Assembly (NCBI GenBank): GCA_036676195.1
Contig: JAKFDK010000062.1
Location: 1-51,687 of the forward strand
Direction of reading: 5' to 3'
DNA from: Clostridia bacterium
GTDB taxonomy: Bacteria > Bacillota > Sulfobacillia > Symbiobacteriales > ZC4RG38
DNA: 51,687 bases
This document shows positions 9,411 through 19,000 of this stretch, one piece after another. Position 1 is the first letter of the stretch. Each line of letters opens with the position of its first letter. Below the pieces are notes generated by a model, which did no database searches, was not told the DNA's origin, and worked only from the letters and a program-made list of their open reading frames with translations. Position numbers and translations under genes: made by a program.

Positions 9411-10775
9411 CTAGGGTTTCGGCAGATGGGCGATTTCTGCCAGGGCGCGGTCGATTTCTTCCTGAGGAAGGGTGTAATCTTCCAGATCACCGGCAAAGTA
9501 TTTGTCATACGCCACCATGTCGAAGTTGCCGTGGCCACTCAGGGAGAAGAGGATCACCTTCTGCTCTCCGGCCTCCTTGGCCCGCAGCGCCGCGTTCACG
9601 GCGGCCCGGATGGCGTGGGCGGACTCCGGCGCCGGGACAATGCCCTCTGACCGGGCGAAGGTAACGGCCGCCTCGAAGACTTCAAGCTGCCTGTACGCCT
9701 CGGCGCCGATGACACCGTCCTTGTACAGTTGGCAGACCAGCGGGGCGTCGCCGTGGAAGCGCAGGCCACCGGCATGGATGCCGGCCGGAACAAAGCCGCT
9801 GCCCAGGGTGTACATGGGGATCACCGGGCCCACCCGGGCCGTGTCCACATGGTCGTAGGCGTAAATGCCACGGGTCAGGGTGGGGCAGGCGGCCGGCTCC
9901 ACGGCGACCACGTGCGGGTTCGTGTTTCCGGCCAGCTTGTCGGCCAGGAAGGGGAAGCTCAGGCCGGCAAAGTTGCTGCCACCGCCACAGCAGCCATAGA
10001 TCTCGTCCGGGTACTCCCCGGCCATTTCCATCTGCTTTTTGGCTTCCAGGCCGAGGACGGTCTGGTGCATCAGCACGTGGTTCAGGCCGCTGCCCAGGGC
10101 ATAAGTGCTGTTCGGGTCGGTGGCGGCCACTTCAATGGCCTCGCTCATGGCGATAGACAGGGAGCCGGGCATGTTCGGGTCCCTTTCCAGCATGGCCCGC
10201 CCGGAGTTGGTAGTGGTGGAGGGGCTGGCGTGGACGGTGGCGCCCCAGGTCTGCATCAGGGACTTCCGGAAGGGTTTCTGCTCGAAGCTGATCTTGACCA
10301 TGTAGACCAGGCACTCCAGGCCGAACAGATTGCAGGCCAGGCTGAGGGCGCTGCCCCACTGGCCGGCGCCGGTTTCGGTGACGATCCGCTTCACCCCGGC
10401 CACCTTGTTGTAGTAGGCGATAGGAATGGCGGTGTTGGGCTTGTGCGAACCGGCCGGGCTGGTGCCCTCCCACTTGTAGTAGATGTGGGCCGGCGTACCC
10501 AGCGCTTCCTCCAGACGGTGGGCCCGGATCAGGGGAGTGGGCCGCCACAGGGCGTAAATGTTCATGACTTCTTCAGGAATCGGCACCCAGCGGTCCTGGC
10601 ACATCTCCTGCACGATCAGGTCATGGGGCAGCAGCACGCGCATGTCGTCATAGGTGAGCGGCTGGAGGGTCTGGGGGTGCAGTCCGGGGCCGGGCAATGT
10701 CTTCATGTCGGCCTGGATGTTGTACCAGTGGGTCGGCAGTTCCCGCTCGGTCAATAAGAACTTGGTGGGTCTCAA
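9411..10775 (-). CDS. trpB2: TrpB2-type tryptophan synthase beta-like PLP enzyme
   Basis: 454 aa, stand-alone long TrpB2 architecture. PLP-lysine region (..HKPNTAIP..) and GGGSNFAGL glycine loop. Confidence 0.8.
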   Translation of the reverse strand: MRPTKFLLTERELPTHWYNIQADMKTLPGPGLHPQTLQPLTYDDMRVLLPHDLIVQEMCQDRWVPIPEEVMNIYALWRPTPLIRAHRLEEALGTPAHIYYKWEGTSPAGSHKPNTAIPIAYYNKVAGVKRIVTETGAGQWGSALSLACNLFGLECLVYMVKISFEQKPFRKSLMQTWGATVHASPSTTTNSGRAMLERDPNMPGSLSIAMSEAIEVAATDPNSTYALGSGLNHVLMHQTVLGLEAKKQMEMAGEYPDEIYGCCGGGSNFAGLSFPFLADKLAGNTNPHVVAVEPAACPTLTRGIYAYDHVDTARVGPVIPMYTLGSGFVPAGIHAGGLRFHGDAPLVCQLYKDGVIGAEAYRQLEVFEAAVTFARSEGIVPAPESAHAIRAAVNAALRAKEAGEQKVILFSLSGHGNFDMVAYDKYFAGDLEDYTLPQEEIDRALAEIAHLPKP

Positions 10776-10823
10776 CCCTGGTCTCCCCTTTCAGAATCTG
10801 GTGATCGGCCAAATTCCAAACCG

Positions 10824-10843
10824 CCCGAAGTTGAGCCTTCGGG
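10824..10843 (-). terminator. Short hairpin downstream of tetR
   Basis: CCCGAAG/CTTCGGG stem with loop TTGAGC, in the 73-nt gap between tetR and trpB2. Confidence 0.25.
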
Positions 10844-10848
10844 AAAGG

Positions 10849-11640
10849 TTAGCGTGGTCGCAGTCCGTTCAGGAGCAAGTCGGTCATCCCCTGGATCACT
10901 TGCTCATCGGAGTAGGTAAAGGTCGAGAGTCTTTCACCATAAAAATAATGCACCACCAGATACATCAGGAGCACGCCCAGAAAGGCGTCGGCGGCCAGCA
11001 CCGGGTCCATGGGCCGCATCGATCCGGCCTGGATCTGGCGCTGCAAGACCTCGGCCAACTGGTGGCTGGTCGAGGCGAATAACTGCGTATAGATCAGGTC
11101 GGCCGCCTCTTCGTTGTTGATGCCTTCAGTGAAGATAAACCGCCAGAGGTTCCGGTTCTGGTGGAAGCCGGTGGCCATCGCCTGGCCCAGCCGCTGTAAT
11201 TCAGCGCCGAGATCATGGGCGGGCGGCCGCCCCTGGGACTGGTCGATGACGGACATGGGCGACAGGCGCTCCCGGAGGATACTGATCAGGAGTTGCTCCT
11301 TGCTGTTGAAGTAACGGTACAGGGCGGCCTGGGAGACCTGCACCCCTTCGCCGATTTCGGCCATGGTGGTGGCACGGAAACCCTTGCGGGCAAACAGCCG
11401 CAGTGCCGATTCCATCAGTTCGTCCCGGCGGGCGCCGGTGGTATCCTGGCGGGCTGAGACGGGGCGCTGCAGGGCAGCGGTGAGCAGTTCGTCTTTGGAA
11501 CGGAAGTACCGGTACAGCGCCGGGACGGTGATCCCAGCCGCCCGGGCTACATCGGCCAGGCGGACCCGAGCCACACCCACTTTGTTTGCGACGTCTCTGG
11601 CGGCGACCAAGATGGCTTCTTTGCGAGTTTGCGGGTCCAA
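10849..11640 (-). CDS. TetR-family regulator with two tandem N-terminal HTH modules
   Basis: Two consecutive TetR_N-like segments (..VARVRLADVARAAGITVPALYRYFRSKDELL.. and ..FRATTMAEIGEGVQVSQAALYRYFNSKEQLL..) followed by a helical ligand-binding-type C-terminal domain. Confidence 0.75.
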   Translation of the reverse strand: MDPQTRKEAILVAARDVANKVGVARVRLADVARAAGITVPALYRYFRSKDELLTAALQRPVSARQDTTGARRDELMESALRLFARKGFRATTMAEIGEGVQVSQAALYRYFNSKEQLLISILRERLSPMSVIDQSQGRPPAHDLGAELQRLGQAMATGFHQNRNLWRFIFTEGINNEEAADLIYTQLFASTSHQLAEVLQRQIQAGSMRPMDPVLAADAFLGVLLMYLVVHYFYGERLSTFTYSDEQVIQGMTDLLLNGLRPR

Positions 11641-11673
11641 GTCGTTTCCTCCGTTTGAACAAATGTGAATGAT

Positions 11674-11739
11674 CCTTTACTATATTTTATTTTCAAGCGC
11701 ATAGTAAGTCAAGCTTAATAACTTAACTATTTTTAAAGG
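11674..11739. promoter_or_regulatory. AT-rich divergent promoter/operator region upstream of tetR with nested dyads
   Basis: Locally AT-rich in a GC-rich genome. TTTACTAT...(17 nt)...ATAGTAAG inverted repeat, with outer CCTTTA...TAAAGG arms. Confidence 0.3.
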
Positions 11740-12273
11740 TGCGGGCTGTTTTTTAAGTCCGACGATAGCCTTGGGGGGTCTGCAAGGCAAGTGCCCGGGC
11801 ATTTGCCCAGCGAGGAGTGAAGCGGACACGACGAACCCTGCCGCTCGATGCCATCGTAGAGGCCCTGGGGCGGATCGAGCGCCGGATCGCCCAGGCTGTT
11901 GCAGCAGATCCGGGATCCGTAAGGCAACTCGAACGGGCGCACCCGCTGGTCGGGTGCGCCCTCGTGATGGTGAGACGATCCGCCACCGATGTGCCTCACG
12001 CACGGCGGCGTTCCTATCGTCATGCCGCCGTGTCAGTGGCCAAGTCCGGTCTCGTCCAGAACGTCGATGTGCGCCAGGTGCTCCGGCAACATGATTCGAT
12101 GGTGTGGTCGGACCCGTCCGGTCAAGGCCTTCTGCAACTCCGGGATCTTCTTCGGCAGGCGGCCTCTGGCCAGGTCCAGACCGGGGGTTGAGAAGGTTCC
12201 GCCGGTCGGCCGGGGGGGTATCCCGGCCAGACGCTGCCAACAGGCGGCCCGACCCCCGCCCCAGAGGGCGAAT

Positions 12274-12327
12274 CGTCAGGTTTTGCACTCTGCCCGCACC
12301 GCAACGCCGCGCGAAACTTGACGATTC
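12274..12327. repeat. 54-nt repeated element, copy 1 (termini CGTCAG...TTGACGATTC form an imperfect inverted repeat)
   Basis: Roughly 69% identical to copy 2 by eye, with conserved ends. A fragment of the same motif in inverted orientation (GAATCGTCAGG) overlaps its 5' end. Confidence 0.4.
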
Positions 12328-12433
12328 TCCCCAAAAATCCTCCGTAAGACCGCCTTCGGGTGCCTTTGGGGTGGTAATGGACGCGCCAAATTACCCCCCC
12401 AGGGTATCGATTTGCCCCTCCGATCGCTAGAAA

Positions 12434-12487
12434 CGTCAGAGTTTGCAATGGCGGCCCCTACCTGCGCCGTGCAAAAGTTGACGATTC
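12434..12487. repeat. 54-nt repeated element, copy 2
   Basis: CGTCAGAGTTTGCA...GCAAAAGTTGACGATTC. Same length and same termini as copy 1, starting 160 nt downstream of copy 1's start. Confidence 0.4.
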
Positions 12488-12509
12488 GACCACGAGTCCG
12501 TCGGCGGGG

Positions 12510-12773
12510 TCAGGTACTGGACCAGGGCAAGGGGTTAGCTTTTATCTGCTTTGAGTCGGAGCTATCCAGCCAGCCCGCAGACTCCAGCCGGGCCAGCCCA
12601 CGCATGACCGTATACCAGGCGAGACCGGATCGGGCTTGTAGGAGTCTGGTGGAGATCGGGGCATGATCGCCGAAGGCGTCCAGTTGGAGGATCATCCAGA
12701 GCAGTTTGGCCGACTCGGCCAGGTGCCGGTCGCGGAGCAAGCGACCCGGAACCCTCACAACCGTGGTTTTCAT
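12510..12773 (-). CDS. Small winged-HTH DNA-binding protein
   Basis: LSESAKLLWMILQLDAFGDHAPISTRLLQARSGLAWYTVMRGLARLESAGWL has the pattern of phage/plasmid-type wHTH domains. Start taken at the internal Met (MKTTVV). Confidence 0.45.
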   Translation of the reverse strand: MKTTVVRVPGRLLRDRHLAESAKLLWMILQLDAFGDHAPISTRLLQARSGLAWYTVMRGLARLESAGWLDSSDSKQIKANPLPWSST

Positions 12774-12886
12774 GAGCCACCCCCTATCTTTTAGCAATTC
12801 CTACCGGTCAACCCAAACTCCTGGTAGAATCCTCAGCTTTTGCACAGCCGCAGGTGGGAGCTCAGGACACTCCGCCTCGGACCCGC

Positions 12887-13576
12887 TCAACCGTTGTTCC
12901 CGGCCAGGATACCCTCCGGTCGGACTTCTGCGCTGCCTTGCCGTCCCTGGTGACGGAAGTACCTGGCTACCAACAGCGACAGCGTACCGAAGAGGAGGCA
13001 CCAGGAGATCATCGCCAGACGTGCAGCGTTGTCGTCTGCCCCTCCGGACGGGGCGGATGCGCTCATGAAAGCCGGCGCAAGGAGGGTGGAGAAAACCAAC
13101 AGTCCGTGCAGGATGGCGAGCCGCCGGATCCAGGCGGAGAGCCGGTCGCCGTGTACGAAAACAGGGGCTGCGAACCAGGTGGACAGGCACATGAACCCAT
13201 AGCCGAGCATGTCCACGGCAAAGAAGACAGTCCCAGGATCGTACACGAAGGGGCGCAGCGCATCTCCGGAGGAATTCCGGATTGCAGTCAACTGTACATA
13301 GTACACAATGGTAGCAAATACGGCGTAGATCACGGCAAAGGAGAGACCGAGGTGACTCCAAATCTTCTTCTCTGCGGGAGCCTGATGGTGGATGCTGGTC
13401 ATCATCACGACAAACGAGGGCGCCAGCAACAGGCATACAAAGAAGCTGAAGTGCAGTGTGGCGATGCCAAAGAGTCCAAGGAACATGGACAGGCCAAAGA
13501 GAGCCACCCAGACCGTTACCAGCAGGGCCGACCAATACCCCAACCGACAGACAGCGTTTCCACCCATGATAATCAC
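12887..13576 (-). CDS. Polytopic membrane protein of unknown function
   Basis: About six hydrophobic helices. GGAGTG RBS 7 nt before the ATG. Confidence 0.6.
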   Translation of the reverse strand: MIIMGGNAVCRLGYWSALLVTVWVALFGLSMFLGLFGIATLHFSFFVCLLLAPSFVVMMTSIHHQAPAEKKIWSHLGLSFAVIYAVFATIVYYVQLTAIRNSSGDALRPFVYDPGTVFFAVDMLGYGFMCLSTWFAAPVFVHGDRLSAWIRRLAILHGLLVFSTLLAPAFMSASAPSGGADDNAARLAMISWCLLFGTLSLLVARYFRHQGRQGSAEVRPEGILAGNNG

Positions 13577-13631
13577 TCCTGCGGTAGATCAGATCCATGG
13601 ATCTGCGGGTCTCGCCGTGCCACCCGGATGC

Positions 13632-14510
13632 TTACCCCAGGTCCGGAAATACCCGGACCACCAGGGCGAGTTTGGCCTTGAACCCTTCCGGGCGAGGTCC
13701 TGGGCCAGGTTTTCGTCCATGGAGGGGACATGGGCAGGGATAGATGGGGGCGGTTCCGCCTGGACCGGCGGTACTGCCACCGGCGCTGGTGTGACAGTCA
13801 GGGGGCAGCGCCATAATGGAGATATGGACCTGCTCGCCGCTGCGGCTGAACGCAAAGGCGGGCTGGCCCTGCTCCCCTTCATCGTACATATAGGTGATCT
13901 CTTCCTGTCCGGACAGGGTTGCCACCATCACGGCCAGTACCCGTGCCCATTCGCCCAAACAGACATCGTCCGGTCCCCAGAACCCGAGGTACGGAAGGTT
14001 CCGGCCGTCGGGGGAGAGGGTGAGGCGGGGTGCCACGGCAAAGCCCTGGAGGCCTACCTGCTTGATCACCTGACCGTTGCGCATGGCGGCCACATAGGCG
14101 GTACCGGATGCCATCCCCGCAACGTAAGTGGTGCCGGTCCGGCTGTCGGTCGCATGGGTCCGGTCGCAGGTCGGGTCTGCGTCGCCCAGCCGGGCGACTG
14201 TACCGGCCGCGTCGATCCCGAAGACCCCGGTGGAAGCGCAGACCACGATCCGGCGCGCCTGCCCGTCGTAATGCGAACTGTAGATGCCGGCGAGGTCGGT
14301 CCAGTGCCGGCGGGGTAGCGCAGCGGCCCCCAGGGCGGCGCCCGTGGTGCCGTTGTACACCGAGTAAAGGCCGCCCGCATCGGTGGAGAAGCGGTAAACC
14401 CGGTTGCTGCCGGGATGGTAACTCAGGCTGGCAAAGAAGTAATTGTCGGTGTCAGTCTGTGCCAGCACCTTTCCGTCCGGCAGGTGCACCCGGTGAATCC
14501 GGGGCTGCAT
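13632..14510 (-). CDS. Hypothetical protein with repeated Tyr/Gly-rich beta-strand-like segments (likely the C-terminal part of a longer secreted protein)
   Basis: The frame stays open well upstream of the called Met. The upstream ORF 14423-14860, in another frame, encodes a signal-peptide-like N-terminus plus a Gly/Pro linker. Confidence 0.4.
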   Translation of the reverse strand: MQPRIHRVHLPDGKVLAQTDTDNYFFASLSYHPGSNRVYRFSTDAGGLYSVYNGTTGAALGAAALPRRHWTDLAGIYSSHYDGQARRIVVCASTGVFGIDAAGTVARLGDADPTCDRTHATDSRTGTTYVAGMASGTAYVAAMRNGQVIKQVGLQGFAVAPRLTLSPDGRNLPYLGFWGPDDVCLGEWARVLAVMVATLSGQEEITYMYDEGEQGQPAFAFSRSGEQVHISIMALPPDCHTSAGGSTAGPGGTAPIYPCPCPLHGRKPGPGPRPEGFKAKLALVVRVFPDLG

Positions 14511-14860
14511 TTCGTTGTTCTTGTCTTCGCAGATCCAGGCGGTGCCGTTGGCAGCAGGGCGAAAGCCTCCGGGTTGAAGGGAATCCGGACCGTTGCCGCC
14601 AGGCCGGGGCCGCTGCCCCGGATGGCGCAGCCGCTCCCGCCGGATGCCGTTTCCGCCGGTCTAGCACTGCCGCCGCCGGACGGCCTGGGCTGCGTCGGTC
14701 TGGCGCTGCCCCCGGCGCCTGTCGTCCCGGCCGGTCGCTGGGACGACAGCGGCGCCGTGGCGCCGGACTCCAGGACGGCCGCCAGTGTGGCCGCCGCCAG
14801 GGGCCAGTGCCATCGTTGGTGCCAGGGCTGCGTGGCAGCTCTGGTGTCGGCTGCGATCAT
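14423..14860 (-). CDS. Signal-peptide-like N-terminus plus Gly/Pro/Ser-rich linker (possibly the 5' part of the 13632-14510 gene, with a frame discontinuity)
   Basis: Hydrophobic stretch WPLAAATLAAVL followed by low-complexity sequence. Overlaps the next ORF in a different frame. Confidence 0.25.
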   Translation of the reverse strand: MIAADTRAATQPWHQRWHWPLAAATLAAVLESGATAPLSSQRPAGTTGAGGSARPTQPRPSGGGSARPAETASGGSGCAIRGSGPGLAATVRIPFNPEAFALLPTAPPGSAKTRTTKCSPGFTGCTCRTERCWHRLTPTITSLPA

Positions 14861-14878
14861 TGCTGGTTTCGGTGCCTC

Positions 14879-15946
14879 CTAATCCAGCAGGTCTTCGGGG
14901 GCCGGGTCCAGCCTGGGCTCGACTTCGCCCCTGCTGCAGTGCGGGCAGTCCACCAAGTGGCGCTGGTGGGTATGGTCCTTGTGGTCCGGGAGCAGACCTT
15001 CGGCACGCAGGGACTTGTTCACCCAGATAGCCGCCTGGGCCCCCTCGCCGATGGCAATGGTCACCTGCTGGGAATGGGCGACCACGTCGCCTACAGCCCA
15101 GGCCCCGGGTACCGAGGTTTCCTTCGTGCGGGGGTTGACCACAATGTAGCCGTTGTCGTTGGTCTCGCAGCCCAGGGCGCGGGCCAGTTCGGAGTTCACG
15201 CTGTACATGCCGAGGGCGGAAAAGACCTTTTCGCAGGCGATCTCGGTTCCGTCCTCCAGCACCACCGTTTCCACCCGGTCACGGTACTGCCCCCGCAGTT
15301 CCGTGATCTTTCCTTCGTACAGGGGGATGTCGTTCTGGGTGAGCCAGTCCCGGTTTTCCGGGCTGACCGGCCTCTCCCCGGGGACCACGTTCACCACCGC
15401 CAGACGGGTAGTCCATTGCAGCAGGGCCTTGGCCATGCCCACACCGCCGTTGCCGCGCCCAACCACCACCACACGCCGGTCCACGCACTCGTAGCCGTCG
15501 CAGTCCGGGCAGTAATAAATCCCGTACCCGGCCCAGAAAAAGACCCGGGGGTCGTCCCAGGGGTGGCGGTCCATCACACCGGTATTCAAGACGATGCGGC
15601 GGGCCCGGCAGGTTCGCACCGACTGCGTGCCGGTGCCCTTTTTGAGTTCCCGCTTATCCTGCATGGTCACGGTGAACAGGCCGTCGGGGTCCTTGCTCAC
15701 GTGGGTCACGGATTGGGTCCTGAACTCCACCCCATATTTGGCCGCATGTTCCCGGCCCCGCTTCAGGAGTTCCTGGCCGGACACGCCGTCGGGCCAGCCC
15801 AGAACATTCAGGTAGTCCGGCACCCAGTAAGCCCGCGCCTTGCCGCGGTCCACCACCAGGGTCCGCCAGCAATAGCGTCCCAGGTGAATGGCCGCCTGCA
15901 GGCCGCCCGGTCCGCCGCCGATCACAATCACGTCATAGAGTTCCAT
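14879..15946 (-). CDS. Thioredoxin-reductase-like FAD/NAD(P) oxidoreductase with a His/Cys-rich C-terminal tail
   Basis: GGGPGG FAD motif, redox CxxC (CPDCDG), second nucleotide fold VVGRGNGGV, and tail ..HKDHTHQRHLVDCPHCSRGE. Confidence 0.8.
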   Translation of the reverse strand: MELYDVIVIGGGPGGLQAAIHLGRYCWRTLVVDRGKARAYWVPDYLNVLGWPDGVSGQELLKRGREHAAKYGVEFRTQSVTHVSKDPDGLFTVTMQDKRELKKGTGTQSVRTCRARRIVLNTGVMDRHPWDDPRVFFWAGYGIYYCPDCDGYECVDRRVVVVGRGNGGVGMAKALLQWTTRLAVVNVVPGERPVSPENRDWLTQNDIPLYEGKITELRGQYRDRVETVVLEDGTEIACEKVFSALGMYSVNSELARALGCETNDNGYIVVNPRTKETSVPGAWAVGDVVAHSQQVTIAIGEGAQAAIWVNKSLRAEGLLPDHKDHTHQRHLVDCPHCSRGEVEPRLDPAPEDLLD

Positions 15947-16057
15947 TTGCAGTGCCTCCCTCCGGACGCACCAGGGTCGCCGGTGCGAACAGTTCTTTCA
16001 CCACGGCCTCCGGACCTACCTGCCGGTATACACCGCCGCCGGTCGAAATCGCGGGGT

Positions 16058-19000
16058 TCAGCTCTGCCGGTGCCCGAGCTCAGCCACGCTGTCGCCGGTG
16101 TGCACCGGGACCGGTTTGCCGATGAAGTAGCCCTGGGCAGAGTCAACGCCGTAAGCTTTCAGTAACGCGATGGTCTCGGCGTCACCGACATATTCGGCAA
16201 TGGTCTGCTTGCCCAACCCCTGCGCCACTTCAACCATGGCCTTGACCAGGTGCTGGTCGGCCGGATCGTTAGGCAGGTTGCGGATGAAACTGCCGTCGAT
16301 CTTCAGGTAGTCCACCGGCAGGTGCTTGAGGTAATAAAACGAGGAAAACCCGGTGCCGAAATCGTCGATCGCAAACCGGCAGCCCCACTCCTTCAGGGTC
16401 TCAATGAAACGGCTGGCCTGGCTGCTGTCGGCGATGGCGGCAGTTTCGGTGATCTCCAGCACCAGGCGGGCCGGGTCAATCCCGGTGACCGTCAGTTCGT
16501 GCTGGATCAGACCCAGCAAGTCACTATCGGCAAAGGCCTTGCCGGAGAGGTTCACTTCCAGGGTGACAGGTGTGCCTGCCTGCTCAAGCTGGGCGATCAG
16601 CCGGATTGCCTGGCGCACAACCCAACGGTCGATGGCGTGAATCAGTCCATATCGTTCGGCTACATGCAGGAATTCCTGCGGCAGGATGATCTGCCCCTGT
16701 TCGCCGCGCATCCGCAGCAGCAGCTCATATTGAGAGATCTTGTCGTGGTGCAGGTCCAGAATCGGTTGCCAGTACAACAGAAACAGGTCCTGTTCCAGGG
16801 CAGTGCGAATCCGTTTTTCCCAGGTCAGCCGGGTTTCCATTCGGGCCAGCCGCTCCTGGTCAGGGATGTAGAGCGAATAACTGTTGCGCCCGCACTCTTT
16901 GGCCTGGTACATGGCCAGGTCGGCACAGGCCAGCAGTTCTTCCGCCGAACTGCCGTGGTCAGGCAACACCGCTACGCCGATGCTGGTGGTGATCCCGACC
17001 GGCTGCGCCTGGATCACCACCGTATGCTGGCGCAACGCGGACACAATGATTTCAGCCGTGGCCGCGGCACGGGCGGCGGTGGCCCCTGGCAGGAGAATGG
17101 CGAATTCGTCTCCGCCCAGCCGCGCCAGAATGTCCGCTGGCTCCAGGCAACCCTGCAACACTACGGCCACACTGCGCAGCAGTTCATCTCCCGCCCAGTG
17201 CCCCAGGCTGTCGTTGACATACTTGAAATCGTCCAGGTCCAGGAACAGAAGTGCCCCGCGATGGTCGGGAATCGCCAGCAGGGCGTCCAGTTCCTGTTGA
17301 AAACGACGGCGGTTGAACAGCTCCGTGAGTGGGTCATAATTGGCCGCGTGTACCAGTTGCCCCTCAAACAGCTTCCGTTCTGTGATGTCCTGCACCTGGC
17401 CGAGGAAATACAGGGGCAGGCCCTGGGGGTCGCGCACCAGCGAGGAACTGAGTAAGACCCAGACCGCATGCCCAAGCCTGTGCAAGTAACGCTTTTCGGT
17501 CAGACAGGCCCGCAGCTCGCCGGACAGCAACTTTTGCACCTGCTGACGGTTGCTCTCCAGGTCGTCCGGATGCGTCAGTTCCTCCCAGGTCAGAGCCAGC
17601 AACTCCGGCTCGGTGTAGCCCAGCATGTCACACAACGCCCGGTTTACCTGCAGGAGCCGTCCGTCCAGCCCGTTCAGGGTCATACCGGTGGCGGCATTGT
17701 CAAAGGCGCTGCGGAACCGTTCTTCGCTTTCCCGCAGAGCATCCTCGGCCTGCCGGTGTGCGCTGATGTCGCGGATGATGGTCGAGAAAAACTCCACCTC
17801 TCCGGATAGGGTCCGGTGCGCCAGCAGGACCTGTGACACAGGGATCACCCGCCCGTCCTTGCTGAGAAGAGAGGTTTCACCGCTCCAGACGCCATCCTTC
17901 AGGGCGGCGGGGAGAGCTTCGTTCAGTAGCATGGATCGTGCCCAGTTCGGGTACGCGTCGAACATGCTGTAGCGGGACACATCGTCGTCCGGGGTCAGCG
18001 CCAGCACGTGTCGCCCGGCCCCGTTCAGGTACGAGATCCGGCCAGACGCATCGGCCATGCAGACCAGGTCGGTGGTCGCCTCCAGGGTGACCACCAGCCG
18101 CGCCCGGGCTTCTTCGGCCACACGGGCCGAATCCAGCGCAGCCTCCAGCGTCAGTTGCTGTGCACGCAGGGCGGCGCGCTGACGCAACAGTTCCGTATTC
18201 TGGGCCTGAAGCGTTTCGTGCTGAGTGACCAGTTGCCGCCGGCGTTCCAGCAGGTCGGTCTGCACTTCCTGCAACTGGGCATGGCGTTCCGCCAGGGCTC
18301 GGTGTGCCCAGGCATGGGCCACCCCTACTGCCACCTGACTGGCCACGGCCTCCACAAACGCGACTTCGGCCGGGGTCCACTCCCGTGTTCCCGTACACTC
18401 GTGAAAAAGGATCGTGCCGAGCAGTTTCCCGTCGACCGACAGGGGGGCACCCAGAAGCGCTTGCGCCCCCGCCGCCACTAGTTCGGCGCGCCGGTTCGGA
18501 GCGGAAAGGTCCAGGTCCGGATCATTGGCCACGTCGGAAACGGCGAGCACACGGCCGGACCGGACGAACAGCGACTGCCTGGGGGCATACAGCAGGAAGT
18601 CCGGGGGAACCGGGGCCACACCGGGGGCGGCATACTGGGCCAGAATCGGGAAGGAATCGCCGGTGTGGTTCCGCAGGCGGACGTAGCAGCGGCTGGCGCC
18701 CAGGGCAGGTCCCAGCTCGTTGACGGTGGTATGCAGAATTTCATCCAGGTCAAGGGAACTGCGGATCGCCCGGCCAATGCGGTCCAACAAGGCCTGGCGG
18801 TCCACTTGCTTTTGCAGATCCCCCCGGGCGTGGACCAGATCCTGGATCAGGCGGCGCTGATGGGCGGCGGTGCGCATCCCGGTTTGGGCCGCCACTACGA
18901 CCACCAGCAGTTTGAAGGCGGTCTCGGCCAGCGCCACTGTCCCCGGTACACCGCTGAACTGCCAGCGATAGGCCCCGTCGAGCCCCACCACCGCCAGGGC

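Noticed and set aside
9729-10757. 342-aa plus-strand ORF
   Set aside because: It is antisense to trpB2 and has Gly/Ala/His-rich low-complexity composition.
11817-12191. 124-aa ORF with an apparent GAGGAG RBS inside the 1.1-kb non-coding region
   Set aside because: The GTG overlaps the RBS-like hexamer, the translation is Arg/Ala-rich without motifs, and it contains a strong 10-bp hairpin. I treated the region as non-coding, though a small protein cannot be excluded.
14108-16165. 685-aa plus-strand ORF
   Set aside because: It is antisense to the TrxR-like gene, and its Arg/Gly/Pro/Ala-rich low-complexity translation is typical of spurious frames in about 70% GC DNA.
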